Under the pieces are notes generated by a model. The model searched no databases. It saw nothing but the letters and a program-made list of their open reading frames with translations, and was not told the origin of the DNA. A DNA stretch of 64,000 nucleotides, from NCBI GenBank assembly GCA_963676755.2, contig OY781536.2:261640-325639 (forward strand), given 5' to 3'. This document shows, piece by piece, positions 43,550 to 53,858 of the stretch. This DNA is from an uncultured Celeribacter sp. GTDB lineage: Bacteria > Pseudomonadota > Alphaproteobacteria > Rhodobacterales > Rhodobacteraceae. Position 1 is the first letter of the stretch; every line of letters starts with the position of its first letter. Made by a program: the position numbers and the translations under genes.

Positions 43550-44221
43550 ATGCGGGTACTGATCGTCGAAGATGCGGCGGATGTTTCTGAAGCTATTGCC
43601 ATACGTTTGGGCAAGTTCGGCATGGCATGCGATGTTGCGGACACCTGTGAATCTGCAGAGGACTACCTTGCGGTCCAGCGCTATGATGTGGTGGTGCTTG
43701 ATATCAACCTGCCTGATCGCAACGGCACCGAATTGTTGCAAGACATGCGCTCTGCCGGGAACCGGACGCCTGTGTTGATGTTAACGGCTTTGTTCTCTGT
43801 CGATGATCGCGTGACAGCACTTGATCTTGGCGCAGATGATTATCTCATCAAACCCTTCGACCAACGCGAACTCGAAGCGCGGCTGCGCGCTTTGGTGCGT
43901 CGTGAGGCTGAGCAAAAATCCGATGTCGTCACGCTTGGCCCGCTCAAGTTTTCGCCTGCCGGACTTTCCGCGACCTTGGAGGACGTGCCTCTCAACCTCA
44001 CCCGACGTGAGGCAACTCTGCTGGAGCTTTTACTGCGCAATCAAAAAACTCCGTTGAGCAAGAAACGTCTCTATGACGGTCTTTTCGCGTTTGAGGATGC
44101 GGATGTTGGCGTGAATGCAATCGAGCTCTATATCGCGCGTTTGCGCAAGAAACTCGCCGCTTCCAGCGTCTCTATCGAGACGCGCCGTGGGGTCGGGTAC
44201 CGGATTTGCAATGATGGATGA
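43550..44221 (+). CDS. tctD: OmpR-family response regulator TctD
   Basis: REC motifs (MRVLIVEDA, VVVLDINLPDRNG, DDYLIKPF) plus a winged-helix Trans_reg_C domain (IELYIARLRKKL, RGVGYRI). The gene is divergent from tctCBA. Confidence 0.85.
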   Translation: MRVLIVEDAADVSEAIAIRLGKFGMACDVADTCESAEDYLAVQRYDVVVLDINLPDRNGTELLQDMRSAGNRTPVLMLTALFSVDDRVTALDLGADDYLIKPFDQRELEARLRALVRREAEQKSDVVTLGPLKFSPAGLSATLEDVPLNLTRREATLLELLLRNQKTPLSKKRLYDGLFAFEDADVGVNAIELYIARLRKKLAASSVSIETRRGVGYRICNDG

Positions 44222-45635
44222 TCCTCTCGATGCTATCGCCGCTTGCACTGCGGGAAGCGAACGATCCTTACTTGCGCGTGTCATGGCGGGAGTGTTCACG
44301 CTTCTGGCGATGGGTGGCATTGTGGTCGCAGTTGCTGCCTTTGCCTATGGTCGCAACGCCGCTCGCCAGTCGTTTGATAGAATTCTCCTCGGTGCAGCCA
44401 ACGATATTGCCGAAAGTCTAATTGTCCAAGATGGCCAACCGGTTGCCAATATTCCGGCGTCTGCTTTCGGGCTGCTGGCGCTGGCTGAGAACGACCGGAT
44501 CTATTACTCGATTCAGGGGCCTGATGGTGCTGTGCTCACTGGATATTCGGGCGGGGCGAAAACGGCCAACCTCAACGATACGCTTACCTCACCCGTGTTT
44601 TATGATAGCCGGATGCAAACAGAGCGGGCACGGTTTGTCACTGTGGCGCGGCTGTTTTCGGAGCGTGACTTTTCGGGCGCAGTCTATGTCACGGTCGGAC
44701 ATACGCTAAGGGCGCGCAATGCTATGGCGCTGGGCCTGACGAAAGGGGCCTTGGTGATGACTGGGTTCGGCGGCTTGGCGCTGCTTCTGGGGGCGTTTCT
44801 GGTGATCCGCTCCTCTATGAAACCTCTGGACACACTTACGCGCGAGCTTTCCCAACGAAACCCATATGACCTCACGCCCATGTCGACGCAGGGTCCGGCA
44901 GAGGTTGCTGTTATGGTGCATGCCCTGAACCGGTTCATGCAACGGCTGGACCGTCAGGTTGACGCTATGAAGCATCTCATCTCCGATACGGCACATCAGC
45001 TACGCACTCCGGTTGCGGCCATCCGTGCGCAGGCAGAGCTTGCCATAGAAGATGATGCAGAAGACCGTCGGGTGCAGCGTCTCGAACGTTTGGTAAAACG
45101 CACACGCTCTCTGGGGACGTTGCTTGATCAAATGTTGTCCCGCGCCTTGGTAATGCACCGCACAGACAATGCGCCCCCCGCGTCCATTGATTTGCGAGAC
45201 ATTGCCCTGCGTATTTTTGAAGAAAGAGATCACGAGTTTCTCGCGCCGGAAATTGAGGTGGGGCTTTCGATCGGAGAGCATCCGGTGATCGTGATTGCCG
45301 ATGATATTTCTCTTACTGAGGCGGTAAAAAACATGCTGGCCAATGGCCTGCGGCATGGTGTTTCGCCCGTCACTTTGGGGGTTTCCAAGGAGCAAGGCTG
45401 CGCCACGATCTGGGTTCAGGATTCCGGCTCTGGCCCACCCCGCGAGGTCATGAGCACGATCGGACAACGTTTCGAGCGCTCCGCCGCCTCCAAAGGTGAC
45501 AGCGCCGGTCTCGGACTGTCGATTGTTCACGCCGTTGCCAGAGCGTTCAACGGCAAGGTTCTGATGGAACATCTTGATACGGGATTTCGCGTCACGTTGT
45601 CATTTCCTGCACAAGAAGAGGAAAGCTTGCCATGA
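44211..45635 (+). CDS. tctE: Sensor histidine kinase TctE
   Basis: Two TM segments flank a periplasmic domain. H-box: SDTAHQLRTPVAAI. An HATPase_c domain (DSGSGPP, GLGLSIV) is present. I chose the ATG at 44211, which overlaps the end of tctD. Confidence 0.8.
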   Translation: MMDDPLDAIAACTAGSERSLLARVMAGVFTLLAMGGIVVAVAAFAYGRNAARQSFDRILLGAANDIAESLIVQDGQPVANIPASAFGLLALAENDRIYYSIQGPDGAVLTGYSGGAKTANLNDTLTSPVFYDSRMQTERARFVTVARLFSERDFSGAVYVTVGHTLRARNAMALGLTKGALVMTGFGGLALLLGAFLVIRSSMKPLDTLTRELSQRNPYDLTPMSTQGPAEVAVMVHALNRFMQRLDRQVDAMKHLISDTAHQLRTPVAAIRAQAELAIEDDAEDRRVQRLERLVKRTRSLGTLLDQMLSRALVMHRTDNAPPASIDLRDIALRIFEERDHEFLAPEIEVGLSIGEHPVIVIADDISLTEAVKNMLANGLRHGVSPVTLGVSKEQGCATIWVQDSGSGPPREVMSTIGQRFERSAASKGDSAGLGLSIVHAVARAFNGKVLMEHLDTGFRVTLSFPAQEEESLP

Positions 45636-46696
45636 AGCGCGTGACATTTTTCAGAAGCCTCGCAACCACTTTGATTGCTTGCGCCTTCTCCTTACCCGGC
45701 CATGCACAAGAGGCTACCGCGTTTTTCTCGCCCCCTGAGGATACAGCGGACATCACACTCACGATCCGGTCGACAACGGACATTGCCACTTTTGCGCAGC
45801 TTCTTGATGCATTTGTCGCGACCCACCCGAACGTCGATCTCCATTATGAGCAATGGGGCTCGAACAATCTCTATGTCGATAGCCTCAGCGCCTGTGATGG
45901 CAGGCGTCAGTCAGCGGATGTAGTCATTTCTTCCGGTGTTCACCAGATGGTCGATCTCGTCAATCGCGCCTGTGCAAGCGCTTACCAATCTGACCTCACA
46001 GCGCAATTGCCCCTCCACCGAAAATGGCGTGACGAGCTTTGGGGCATTACACGGGAGGCGGCCGTTATTGTTTACAACAAGAGCCTTGTCCCTGCCGCTG
46101 ATGTGCCCCGCACGAGGTTTGCGCTTCTTGACCTGATGCGACGTCCTTCAAATGCCTATCGGGGCAGGATTGCAACCTACGACATTGAACGTTCCGGCCT
46201 CGGATTTTTGTTTGCGTTTATGGATAGTCAGCAGGCAACCACATTTGGCGGGATGCTGGAATCCTTTTCGCGTGCCGATGCTGTTGCCACCTGTTGCTCT
46301 GCAGAGCTGATCGCCAGCGTAAATGATGGTCAGTACAAGATAGCGTATAATGTCCTTGGCTCCTATGTGGACAGGACATCCTACAGAAACCTTGGCGTCA
46401 TATTTCCTGAAGATTACACGATGTATCTGTCGCGCGCACTTATGATACCGAAAGATGCCCGTCACAAAGAGGCGGCAGCACAGTTTCTGGATTTTCTCCT
46501 CTCCCCAGAAGGGCGTGCGCTTTTGCAAGAGGCAAACCTTATTCAGAACAGCGACCAAGCGGAGAACCTCCGTTCGGATAGCAATGATCGCTACATTCCG
46601 ATTGCGCCGACATTGCTGGTAGCGATGGATGCACATAGACGTGACCAGTTCATCGCCAAATGGCACGACAGCTTTAAAGCGGAGGACGCGCCTTAG
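45632..46696 (+). CDS. Periplasmic solute-binding protein (iron/polyamine-type ABC SBP fold), orphan, co-transcribed with tctE
   Basis: Signal peptide MKRVTFFRSLATTLIACAFSLPGHA; 354 aa. Its ATG overlaps the tctE stop (ATGA). No cognate permease or ATPase gene is adjacent. Confidence 0.65.
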   Translation: MKRVTFFRSLATTLIACAFSLPGHAQEATAFFSPPEDTADITLTIRSTTDIATFAQLLDAFVATHPNVDLHYEQWGSNNLYVDSLSACDGRRQSADVVISSGVHQMVDLVNRACASAYQSDLTAQLPLHRKWRDELWGITREAAVIVYNKSLVPAADVPRTRFALLDLMRRPSNAYRGRIATYDIERSGLGFLFAFMDSQQATTFGGMLESFSRADAVATCCSAELIASVNDGQYKIAYNVLGSYVDRTSYRNLGVIFPEDYTMYLSRALMIPKDARHKEAAAQFLDFLLSPEGRALLQEANLIQNSDQAENLRSDSNDRYIPIAPTLLVAMDAHRRDQFIAKWHDSFKAEDAP

Positions 46697-46804
46697 CATC
46701 TTGCTCATTGCGCGATATTTCCGCGAGGTTTGGCTGATGTCTCTAACCGATACAAAGAGTTTGTCTGGCGAGCCATAGCCGCCCGCCAGACCGTGACGCC
46801 GTTC

Positions 46805-47758
46805 TTAGAACGGGCTGTCTTCGTAGTAGAAGTCCATCGCGTTGTCCTGTGTGACCAGAACAGAGCCGATTGTGAATGTGCCCGACACGGCCGCATTGGA
46901 GGTCAGACCGACAGCGGTCATCTCAATTGCCGTTGAAATCATGGACGGCGGATAGGTCACATCGGCAGGGATCATCGGGTCACCATCTGCAACCCGCTTG
47001 ATCATTTCCTTCATCCCCGCACCGCCGAGAACGAACTGGATATCATCGCGCCCCGCCGCCTCGATCGCCGCGAGTACACCGATGGCCATATCGTCATCAG
47101 AGGCCCAGACCGCGTCGATATGCGGGTATTTGGACAGGTAATCTTCCATAACAGTAAAGCTGTCATCACGGTTCCAGTTGCCATGCTCCATCGCCAGAAC
47201 ATTGATGCCGGAGCCTTCGATTGCCGCGGTGAACGCATCGACGCGTTCATTGTCAATCGTGGTCGGAATGCCGCGCAGCACGACAATGTCACCACCATCG
47301 GGCATCTGGGAAACCATAAATTCGCCGGAGACCCGTCCGAAGCCGCTATTGTCACCGGCGACATAGAGATCTTCAATGCCTGGCACCGACAGGCCACGGT
47401 CCACCACCGTGACCCAAGCGCCGGACTCGGCGACGGCCTGAACCGGCGGGGTCAGCGGGTCGGATTCAAAGGGCAGGACGACCAGAGCGTCGATATTGCG
47501 CACAGCGACCATGTCCTCGATATCGTTGACCTGTGTGCCTGGATCTGGAGCGGTGGCGAGGACAAAGTCGAGATTGGGATAGACCTCTTCGAGCCGCTCG
47601 ACGGTTTGCTTGGCATGAAAGTTCATCCCGCCAGCCCAGCCGTGAGTGGCGGCAGGAATGGACACGCCGATCACCTTCGTGTCCTGCTCTTGTGCATAGG
47701 CCGACGTTCCGATGAGAGTGGCCACTGTTGCGGCCATGATTTTGGCAGAAAGTTTCAT
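46805..47758 (-). CDS. Sugar ABC transporter substrate-binding protein (RbsB/XylF-like, periplasmic binding protein type 1)
   Basis: Signal peptide MKLSAKIMAATVATLIGTSAYA, followed by VIGVSIPAATHGWAGG. Length is 317 aa. Confidence 0.85.
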   Translation of the reverse strand: MKLSAKIMAATVATLIGTSAYAQEQDTKVIGVSIPAATHGWAGGMNFHAKQTVERLEEVYPNLDFVLATAPDPGTQVNDIEDMVAVRNIDALVVLPFESDPLTPPVQAVAESGAWVTVVDRGLSVPGIEDLYVAGDNSGFGRVSGEFMVSQMPDGGDIVVLRGIPTTIDNERVDAFTAAIEGSGINVLAMEHGNWNRDDSFTVMEDYLSKYPHIDAVWASDDDMAIGVLAAIEAAGRDDIQFVLGGAGMKEMIKRVADGDPMIPADVTYPPSMISTAIEMTAVGLTSNAAVSGTFTIGSVLVTQDNAMDFYYEDSPF

Positions 47759-47788
47759 TTTGCTCCTCCCTGAGCTTGGTTCCGACAG

Positions 47789-48817
47789 CTATTGAGCCGC
47801 CTTGCGTTCGCGCTGCAAGATAACAGCGAGAATGATGATAACCCCTTGGATCGCGCCGTTCAGATAGGGCGAAACAAAGTCGGTCAAATTCAGAATATTG
47901 TCGATCAGGCTGAGGATCAGCACACCGATCACAGTGCCCCAGACTCGCCCGAATCCGCCTTTGAGCACGGTGCCGCCGATGATAACGGCGGCGATGGCTT
48001 CCAGTTCCCAAAGCACGCCGGTGGAGGCGGAGGCGGATCCGAGACGCGGCACATACATGATGGTGGCGACCCCGACGAGCAGCCCGAGGGCCGCATAGGT
48101 CAACATTCGTGTGCGATTGACATTGACGTTGGAATAATGCGCGACGTGTTCATTGGAGCCGGTTGCGGCGCAATGGCGCCCGAAGGCCGTGCGCGACATG
48201 ATGATTTCTCCGACGATCACCACGATGGCAAAGACGATAATGGGCCAACTGATCCCGAAAATGCCGTCAAAGTAGACAGGCCGGTAAAAAGTGCGCAGCC
48301 CGAAATCCAGCGACAGGGTGCCCCCATCTGCCAGCCATGTGACGAGGCTGCGGTAGATGCCCATAGAACCAAGGGTGACGATGAAGGCTTCGATGCCCAA
48401 TGTCGTGATCAGAAAGCCGTTGAGCAGACCCGCAATCACACCGGCGACAAGCGCCACAGCCATGCCCAGCAGAATGATGGGCACGCCGACTCCCAAACTC
48501 GGCAGAGCGGCGTTCATGGTCAGGATCATAAGTCCGGCAATAAAAGCCGCCATAGAGCCAACCGAGAGGTCAAGCCCGCCTGCGGTGATGACAAAGGTCA
48601 TGCCAACGGCGATGATCCCGATAAAAGCAGAGCGGGCCAGCACATTGGTGATATTGGCCGCGCTGAGGAAGTTCGGGTTCATCATGGCCCCGATTGCGAT
48701 CAGCACGACCAGCGCCAGCACCGGTCCGAGCACGGACATGGAGGGCAGTTTGGCGCGGGTCTTTCCGGCTGGTGTTGAGGTCACATCAGTCATTTGGTCA
48801 AGCTCCTTGCGTCGCAA
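47789..48817 (-). CDS. Sugar ABC transporter permease (RbsC/XylH-like)
   Basis: 342 aa with about 10 TM segments. It shows typical branched/monosaccharide permease segments (GGLDLSVGS). Confidence 0.9.
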   Translation of the reverse strand: MRRKELDQMTDVTSTPAGKTRAKLPSMSVLGPVLALVVLIAIGAMMNPNFLSAANITNVLARSAFIGIIAVGMTFVITAGGLDLSVGSMAAFIAGLMILTMNAALPSLGVGVPIILLGMAVALVAGVIAGLLNGFLITTLGIEAFIVTLGSMGIYRSLVTWLADGGTLSLDFGLRTFYRPVYFDGIFGISWPIIVFAIVVIVGEIIMSRTAFGRHCAATGSNEHVAHYSNVNVNRTRMLTYAALGLLVGVATIMYVPRLGSASASTGVLWELEAIAAVIIGGTVLKGGFGRVWGTVIGVLILSLIDNILNLTDFVSPYLNGAIQGVIIILAVILQRERKAAQ

Positions 48818-50327
48818 AGACGGGGGATTGTTCGGACGTCGCGCTCAGCCCCATGGACAGGCGGACAATGGCGTCTTCGGTGATGGCTTCTTTGCTCACT
48901 TCTCCGCTGATCCGGCCCAGACGCATCACGAGAATCCGGTCTGCGAGGCCCATCAGTTCGGGCATCTCCGAAGAAATGACGATGATCGGCACGCCTTGGG
49001 CGGCCAGATCACGCAAGAAGGCGTAGATTTGTTGTTTCGTCCCGATGTCGATGCCACGGGTGGGTTCATCCACGATCAGGATGCGCGGTTCGGAAAGCAT
49101 GACTTTCGCCAGAAGCAGCTTTTGCTGGTTGCCGCCAGAAAGATTGCCGACCTTCACGTCACGGCGGCCTGCGCGGATATCGAATTCGCCAATGGCGTCA
49201 TCCAGTGCCTTTTCCTCGGCCTTTCGGTCAATGAAACGCGCACCGAACCTGTCCAGCGTTTGCAGGGTCAGGTTCTCACGCATTCCCCATCCCAAAAGAA
49301 GACCGCGCAGTTTGCGATCTTCTGTCAGGTAGCAAAGCCCGTGGCGCTGTGCATCTGCGGGGGTGCGGATGTTAACGGTGTTACCAAAAATCGTGATCCG
49401 GTCCGCCGAGGCGGGCCGTAATCCGGCGAGGCCTTCCATCATCTCGGTGCGCCCCGCGCCGATCAACCCGCCCAGCCCCAGAATTTCGCCCGCACGGAGG
49501 TCAAAAGAGACGTTTTCGGAAAATCCCGGCACGGTGAGGTTCTGGACCGACAGCACCACCTCGCCGGTCCCGCCTTCGGGCTTGGCAGGGTAGAGATCGG
49601 AGACATCGCGGCCAACCATGCCTGTAGCCATGCCATCTTCGTCAATCTCGCTGGTCGGACCGGAATGGACCACACGCCCGTCGCGCATGATGGTCACGAT
49701 ATCGGAAATACCGGCGACTTCATCGAGCTTATGCGAAGTGAACAGGATTGCGGTTCCCTGTTCCCTGAGGGCACGAACCTGATCCATCAGAACGGCGGTT
49801 TCCCGCGTGGTCAGCACTGCTGTCGGCTCGTCCATAATCAGGACGCGCGCATCCCGCGACAGGGCCTTGGCGATCTCGACCATCTGCTTTTCCGAGTTGG
49901 ACAGAGAGGACACCGGCGCATCCGGGTCGACGGCGCATTTCACCCGTTCAAGATAGCTGCGTGTCAGTCGCCGCATCCGCGCTTTGTCAAGCAACGGGCC
50001 GCGCCGCAGTTCCCGCCCCAGAAAGATGTTCTGCTCGACCGTCAGTTGTTCAGCGAGGTTGAACTCCTGATGGATCATCACGACGCCCGCTGCCTCACCC
50101 TCATGCAGACTGTCAAACCGTACAGGCGTTCCGTCCAGCATCACGTTGCCGCTTGTGGCGGGCTGATAGCCGGAGAGGATTTTCATTGTCGTGGATTTCC
50201 CCGCCCCGTTCTCCCCGATCAAAGCGTGCACTTCTCCGGCCCTCAGGGACAGATCAATCTCGTGCAGCACCTCGATCGGGCCGAAGCTCTTACTGACGCC
50301 GGACAGGGCGAGAACAGGATGTGACAT
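48798..50327 (-). CDS. Sugar ABC transporter ATP-binding protein, double ATPase (RbsA/XylG-like)
   Basis: Walker A GENGAGKST, signature LSNSEKQMVEIA in the first half and LSGGNQQK in the second. I chose the ATG at 50327, which overlaps the upstream stop. The ORF-track start at 50648 is an extension. Confidence 0.9.
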   Translation of the reverse strand: MSHPVLALSGVSKSFGPIEVLHEIDLSLRAGEVHALIGENGAGKSTTMKILSGYQPATSGNVMLDGTPVRFDSLHEGEAAGVVMIHQEFNLAEQLTVEQNIFLGRELRRGPLLDKARMRRLTRSYLERVKCAVDPDAPVSSLSNSEKQMVEIAKALSRDARVLIMDEPTAVLTTRETAVLMDQVRALREQGTAILFTSHKLDEVAGISDIVTIMRDGRVVHSGPTSEIDEDGMATGMVGRDVSDLYPAKPEGGTGEVVLSVQNLTVPGFSENVSFDLRAGEILGLGGLIGAGRTEMMEGLAGLRPASADRITIFGNTVNIRTPADAQRHGLCYLTEDRKLRGLLLGWGMRENLTLQTLDRFGARFIDRKAEEKALDDAIGEFDIRAGRRDVKVGNLSGGNQQKLLLAKVMLSEPRILIVDEPTRGIDIGTKQQIYAFLRDLAAQGVPIIVISSEMPELMGLADRILVMRLGRISGEVSKEAITEDAIVRLSMGLSATSEQSPVFATQGA

Positions 50328-51466
50328 CAGAGCGTCACCCATGCCGCATCCTGCGCGGAGGAACTCACACAGGCGGAGATAAAGGCCATGCCCTCCAGTC
50401 CTGCCTCGATCCCAGGCAAGAGACCCATAGCGGTTGCTTTGTCGGTGCCATTCTGAACCGCGCGGATGGCCTCGGCGGCTTCGTTGTAAATCGTAGCAAA
50501 GCCTTCCAGATAGCCTTCGGGATGCCCTGCGGGGATGCGGCTGACCGCAGCGGCTGCGGCACCGGCGCCTGCACCATTTCTGGTGATCAGACGTTTGGGT
50601 TCTCCTTGCGGGGTGAACCAGAGGTAATTCGGGTCTTCCTGAGACCATTCTATCCCGCCCTTGCTCCCATAGACACGCAGCTTAAGCGCGTTCTCGTTGC
50701 CCGGCGCGACCTGAGACGACCAGAGCATCCCGCGCGCACCAGAGGCAAAGCGCAACAGCACATGGGCATTGTCATCAAGTGTGCGTCCGGCCCCGAAGGC
50801 TTGCATGTCTGCCGCCAGTTTTTCGACCGACAGACCCGTTACAAAACAGGCGAGGTTGTGGGCATGAGTGCCGATGTCACCGACCGATCCGCCCGCACCG
50901 GAGCGTTTCGGGTCGGTCCGCCATTCAGCTTGTTTGACGCCCTCTTTCTCAGCGGGGCTGGTGAGCCAGTCCTGCGGATATTCGACCTGAACAATGCGGA
51001 TATCGCCAAGATCACCGGCGTGCACCATATCGCGGGCCTGCCGGATCATCGGATAGCCCGTGTAGTTATGTGTCAGGATAAAAAGCGCGTCACTGTCAGC
51101 CACGGACCGCGCCAGATCCTGCGCGTCATCCAGCGTCGAGGTCAAAGGCTTGTCGCAAATTACATGGATGCCTTTTGCGAGAAAAGCCTTCGCGGCGGCC
51201 GCATGGACGTGGTTCGGGGTTACGATGCTGACCGCCTCAATCCCGTCTTCGCGTGCAGCTTCTGCCTCGGCCATCTCGGTGAATGATCCGTAACTGCGGT
51301 TGATGCCGAGCGCCCTGGCGCTGGCTTCGGATTTCTCCGGTGTCGAGGATAGCGCTCCGGCCACCAGTTCGAACCTGTCGTCGATCCGCGCGGCGATGCG
51401 ATGCACCCCGCCGATAAAGGCGTCATTTCCGCCGCCGATCATACCCAAACGAATACGTTTCATCAA
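50327..51466 (-). CDS. Gfo/Idh/MocA-family oxidoreductase
   Basis: The N-terminal Rossmann motif is MKRIRLGMIGGGNDAFIGGVHRIAA. Length is 379 aa. Confidence 0.9.
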   Translation of the reverse strand: MMKRIRLGMIGGGNDAFIGGVHRIAARIDDRFELVAGALSSTPEKSEASARALGINRSYGSFTEMAEAEAAREDGIEAVSIVTPNHVHAAAAKAFLAKGIHVICDKPLTSTLDDAQDLARSVADSDALFILTHNYTGYPMIRQARDMVHAGDLGDIRIVQVEYPQDWLTSPAEKEGVKQAEWRTDPKRSGAGGSVGDIGTHAHNLACFVTGLSVEKLAADMQAFGAGRTLDDNAHVLLRFASGARGMLWSSQVAPGNENALKLRVYGSKGGIEWSQEDPNYLWFTPQGEPKRLITRNGAGAGAAAAAVSRIPAGHPEGYLEGFATIYNEAAEAIRAVQNGTDKATAMGLLPGIEAGLEGMAFISACVSSSAQDAAWVTL

Positions 51467-52518
51467 TCGATCCCCAACATTTTACGATTTGCAGCCTCAT
51501 CCGTGCCGCCATCTGCGAAGTCATCAAATGCGCGTTCCGTGACGCGGATGATGTGGTCTTTCACAAATTGTGCCCCTTCGCGCGCACCGTCTTCGGGATG
51601 TTTGAGCGCACATTCCCATTCGACCACGGCCCAGCCGTCAAAATCATTGGCCGCCATTTTGGAGAAGACCGCGCCGAAATCCACCTGACCGTCGCCCAGA
51701 CTGCGGAACCGTCCTGCACGGTTGACCCAGGATTGATAGCCCGAATAGACACCTTGTCGCCCAGTCGGATTAAATTCCGCGTCTTTCACATGGAACATGC
51801 GGATGCGGTCTTTGTAGATGTCGATATTGTCGAGATAATCGAGGCACTGAAGCACATAGTGCGACGGGTCATAGAGCATACAGGCGCGGTCGTGATTTCC
51901 GGTGCGCTCAAGGAACATCTCGTAGGTGATCCCGTCATGAAGGTCTTCACCCGGATGGATCTCATAACAGACATCAACGCCACAATCTTCGGCATGGTCG
52001 AGAATGGGTAGCCAGCGCTTGGCCAGTTCCTCGAATGCGGTTTCGATCAGACCGGCAGGGCGCTGAGGCCACGGGTAGATATAGGGCCATGCCAAGGCGC
52101 CGGAGAATGTCGCATGTGCGCCGATGCCCATATTCTTGGAGGCAGACAAAGCTTTTTTGACCTGCTCGACCGCCCATGCCTGACGCGCCTTCGGATTGCC
52201 GCGCACTTCAGGAGCCGCGAAACCGTCAAACGCATCGTCGTAGGCGGGGTGGACGGCAACAAGCTGGCCTTGCAAATGGGTTGACAGTTCGGTGACCGTG
52301 ACACCGTTTTCGGCGGCCTGTCCCTTGAACTCGTCGCAATAGTCATTGCTTTCAGCGGCCTTGTCGAGGTCGATCAGACGCGCATCCCAACTGGGTACCT
52401 GAACTCCTTTATAGCCGCAGTCTGCCGCCCATTTGGTGATGCTGTCCCACGAGTTGAACGGCGCTTCGTCACCTGCAAATTGCGCCAGAAACAGCGCGGG
52501 TCCTTGAATGGTCTTCAC
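51463..52518 (-). CDS. Sugar phosphate isomerase/epimerase (xylose-isomerase-like TIM barrel)
   Basis: 351 aa. The segments YEIHPGEDL and HVKDAEF are typical of AP_endonuc_2/TIM-barrel proteins. Start and stop overlap the neighbouring genes. Confidence 0.8.
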   Translation of the reverse strand: MKTIQGPALFLAQFAGDEAPFNSWDSITKWAADCGYKGVQVPSWDARLIDLDKAAESNDYCDEFKGQAAENGVTVTELSTHLQGQLVAVHPAYDDAFDGFAAPEVRGNPKARQAWAVEQVKKALSASKNMGIGAHATFSGALAWPYIYPWPQRPAGLIETAFEELAKRWLPILDHAEDCGVDVCYEIHPGEDLHDGITYEMFLERTGNHDRACMLYDPSHYVLQCLDYLDNIDIYKDRIRMFHVKDAEFNPTGRQGVYSGYQSWVNRAGRFRSLGDGQVDFGAVFSKMAANDFDGWAVVEWECALKHPEDGAREGAQFVKDHIIRVTERAFDDFADGGTDEAANRKMLGID

Positions 52519-52546
52519 GGTTTTTCTCCTCCCTGTTCAACCGCGT

Positions 52547-53842
52547 TCAAACGAAACGGTTCACAATATTTTCCAAGATTTCCTGACGACCGGACTGCGG
52601 TTGCGGATTGATCCCGTCGGCTTCGACCTGTGCGGCGATGGTGCCCAGATCGCTTTTGAGAAGTGCCTGACCTTTCGGCGTCTCCCATCCGGCGTAGCGT
52701 TCGTTGCGCATTGCTTCTAGCGTGCCGTCCTCCAGCATGGCCGCTGCCGCTTTGAACCCGCGGGCGCAGACATCCATTGCACCGGCATGTCCGGCAATCA
52801 GATCCACCGGATCAAGAGACTGACGGCGCAGTTTGGCGTCGAAATTGGTCCCGCCGGTGGTGAATCCGCCTGCCTTGAGAACCTCGTAATAGGCCAAGGC
52901 CACTTCCGGCACGTTATTGGGGAACTGGTCGGTGTCCCATCCGGACTGATAGTCATTGCGGTTCATGTCGATGGAGCCGAATATTCCGAGAGCAGAGGCC
53001 AGCGCCAGTTCGTGTTCAAAAGAATGACCGGCAAGGATGGCGTGGCCTTGCTCGATGTTCATCTGCACTTCGTTTTCAAGTCCGAACTCCTTGAGGAAAC
53101 CGTAGACAGTGGCCACGTCGAAATCATACTGGTGCTTGGTCGGTTCCTGCGGCTTGGGCTCGACAAGGATCGCCCCTTTGAAGCCGATCTTGTGTTTATA
53201 CTCGACCGCCATTTGCAAGAGCCGTCCGGCTTGTTGGCGTTCGCGCTTCAGGTCGGTGTTGAGCAGGGTTTCATAGCCCTCGCGCCCGCCCCAGAGCACA
53301 TAGTTCTGGCCGCCCATCTTATGCGTGGCATCCATACAGTTTTTCACCGTGGCGGCTGACCATGCGAAAATTTCGGGGTCGGGGTTGGTGGCCGCGCCCG
53401 CCATGAAGCGACGGTTGGAAAAGAGGTTGGCAGTTCCCCAAAGCAGCTTGGTCTTGCTGCTTTCCATTTTCTCGCTGAGGTAGTCGACCATCTCTTCGAA
53501 GTTACGCTTGCTCTCGGCAAAGCTGTCGCCTTCGGGGCGGATGTCGGCATCATGCCAACAGAAGAACGGCACATTGAGCAGGTCGAACATCTCGAAGGCA
53601 ACATCGGCTTTCATCTTTGCCAGATCCATCGTGTTGCCAAACCATGGCCGTTCAAAGGTCTGCCCGCCAAAGGGATCATCTCCGGGCCAGGCAAATGAAT
53701 GCCAATAGGCGACGGCAAAACGCAGATGATCTTCCATGCGCTTGCCCATGACGATCTCGTCAGGATTGTAATGATGGAAAGCCAACCCCTCGGATTGCGG
53801 GTCATAGCGAAGCGGGGAGATGTCTTTGAAAAAATCGGTCAT
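52547..53842 (-). CDS. xylA: Xylose isomerase
   Basis: [50 protein letters not shown] and [14 protein letters not shown] and [16 protein letters not shown] are classic class-II XylA segments. Length is 431 aa. Confidence 0.95.
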   Translation of the reverse strand: MTDFFKDISPLRYDPQSEGLAFHHYNPDEIVMGKRMEDHLRFAVAYWHSFAWPGDDPFGGQTFERPWFGNTMDLAKMKADVAFEMFDLLNVPFFCWHDADIRPEGDSFAESKRNFEEMVDYLSEKMESSKTKLLWGTANLFSNRRFMAGAATNPDPEIFAWSAATVKNCMDATHKMGGQNYVLWGGREGYETLLNTDLKRERQQAGRLLQMAVEYKHKIGFKGAILVEPKPQEPTKHQYDFDVATVYGFLKEFGLENEVQMNIEQGHAILAGHSFEHELALASALGIFGSIDMNRNDYQSGWDTDQFPNNVPEVALAYYEVLKAGGFTTGGTNFDAKLRRQSLDPVDLIAGHAGAMDVCARGFKAAAAMLEDGTLEAMRNERYAGWETPKGQALLKSDLGTIAAQVEADGINPQPQSGRQEILENIVNRFV

Positions 53843-53858
53843 CGGGGCACTTTCCTGA

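Noticed and set aside
46764-46791. Hairpin GTCTGGCG-N13-CGCCAGAC between the convergent orphan SBP and sugar SBP genes.
   Set aside because: The loop is 13 nt and no U-tract follows on either strand. That is too weak to annotate as a terminator.
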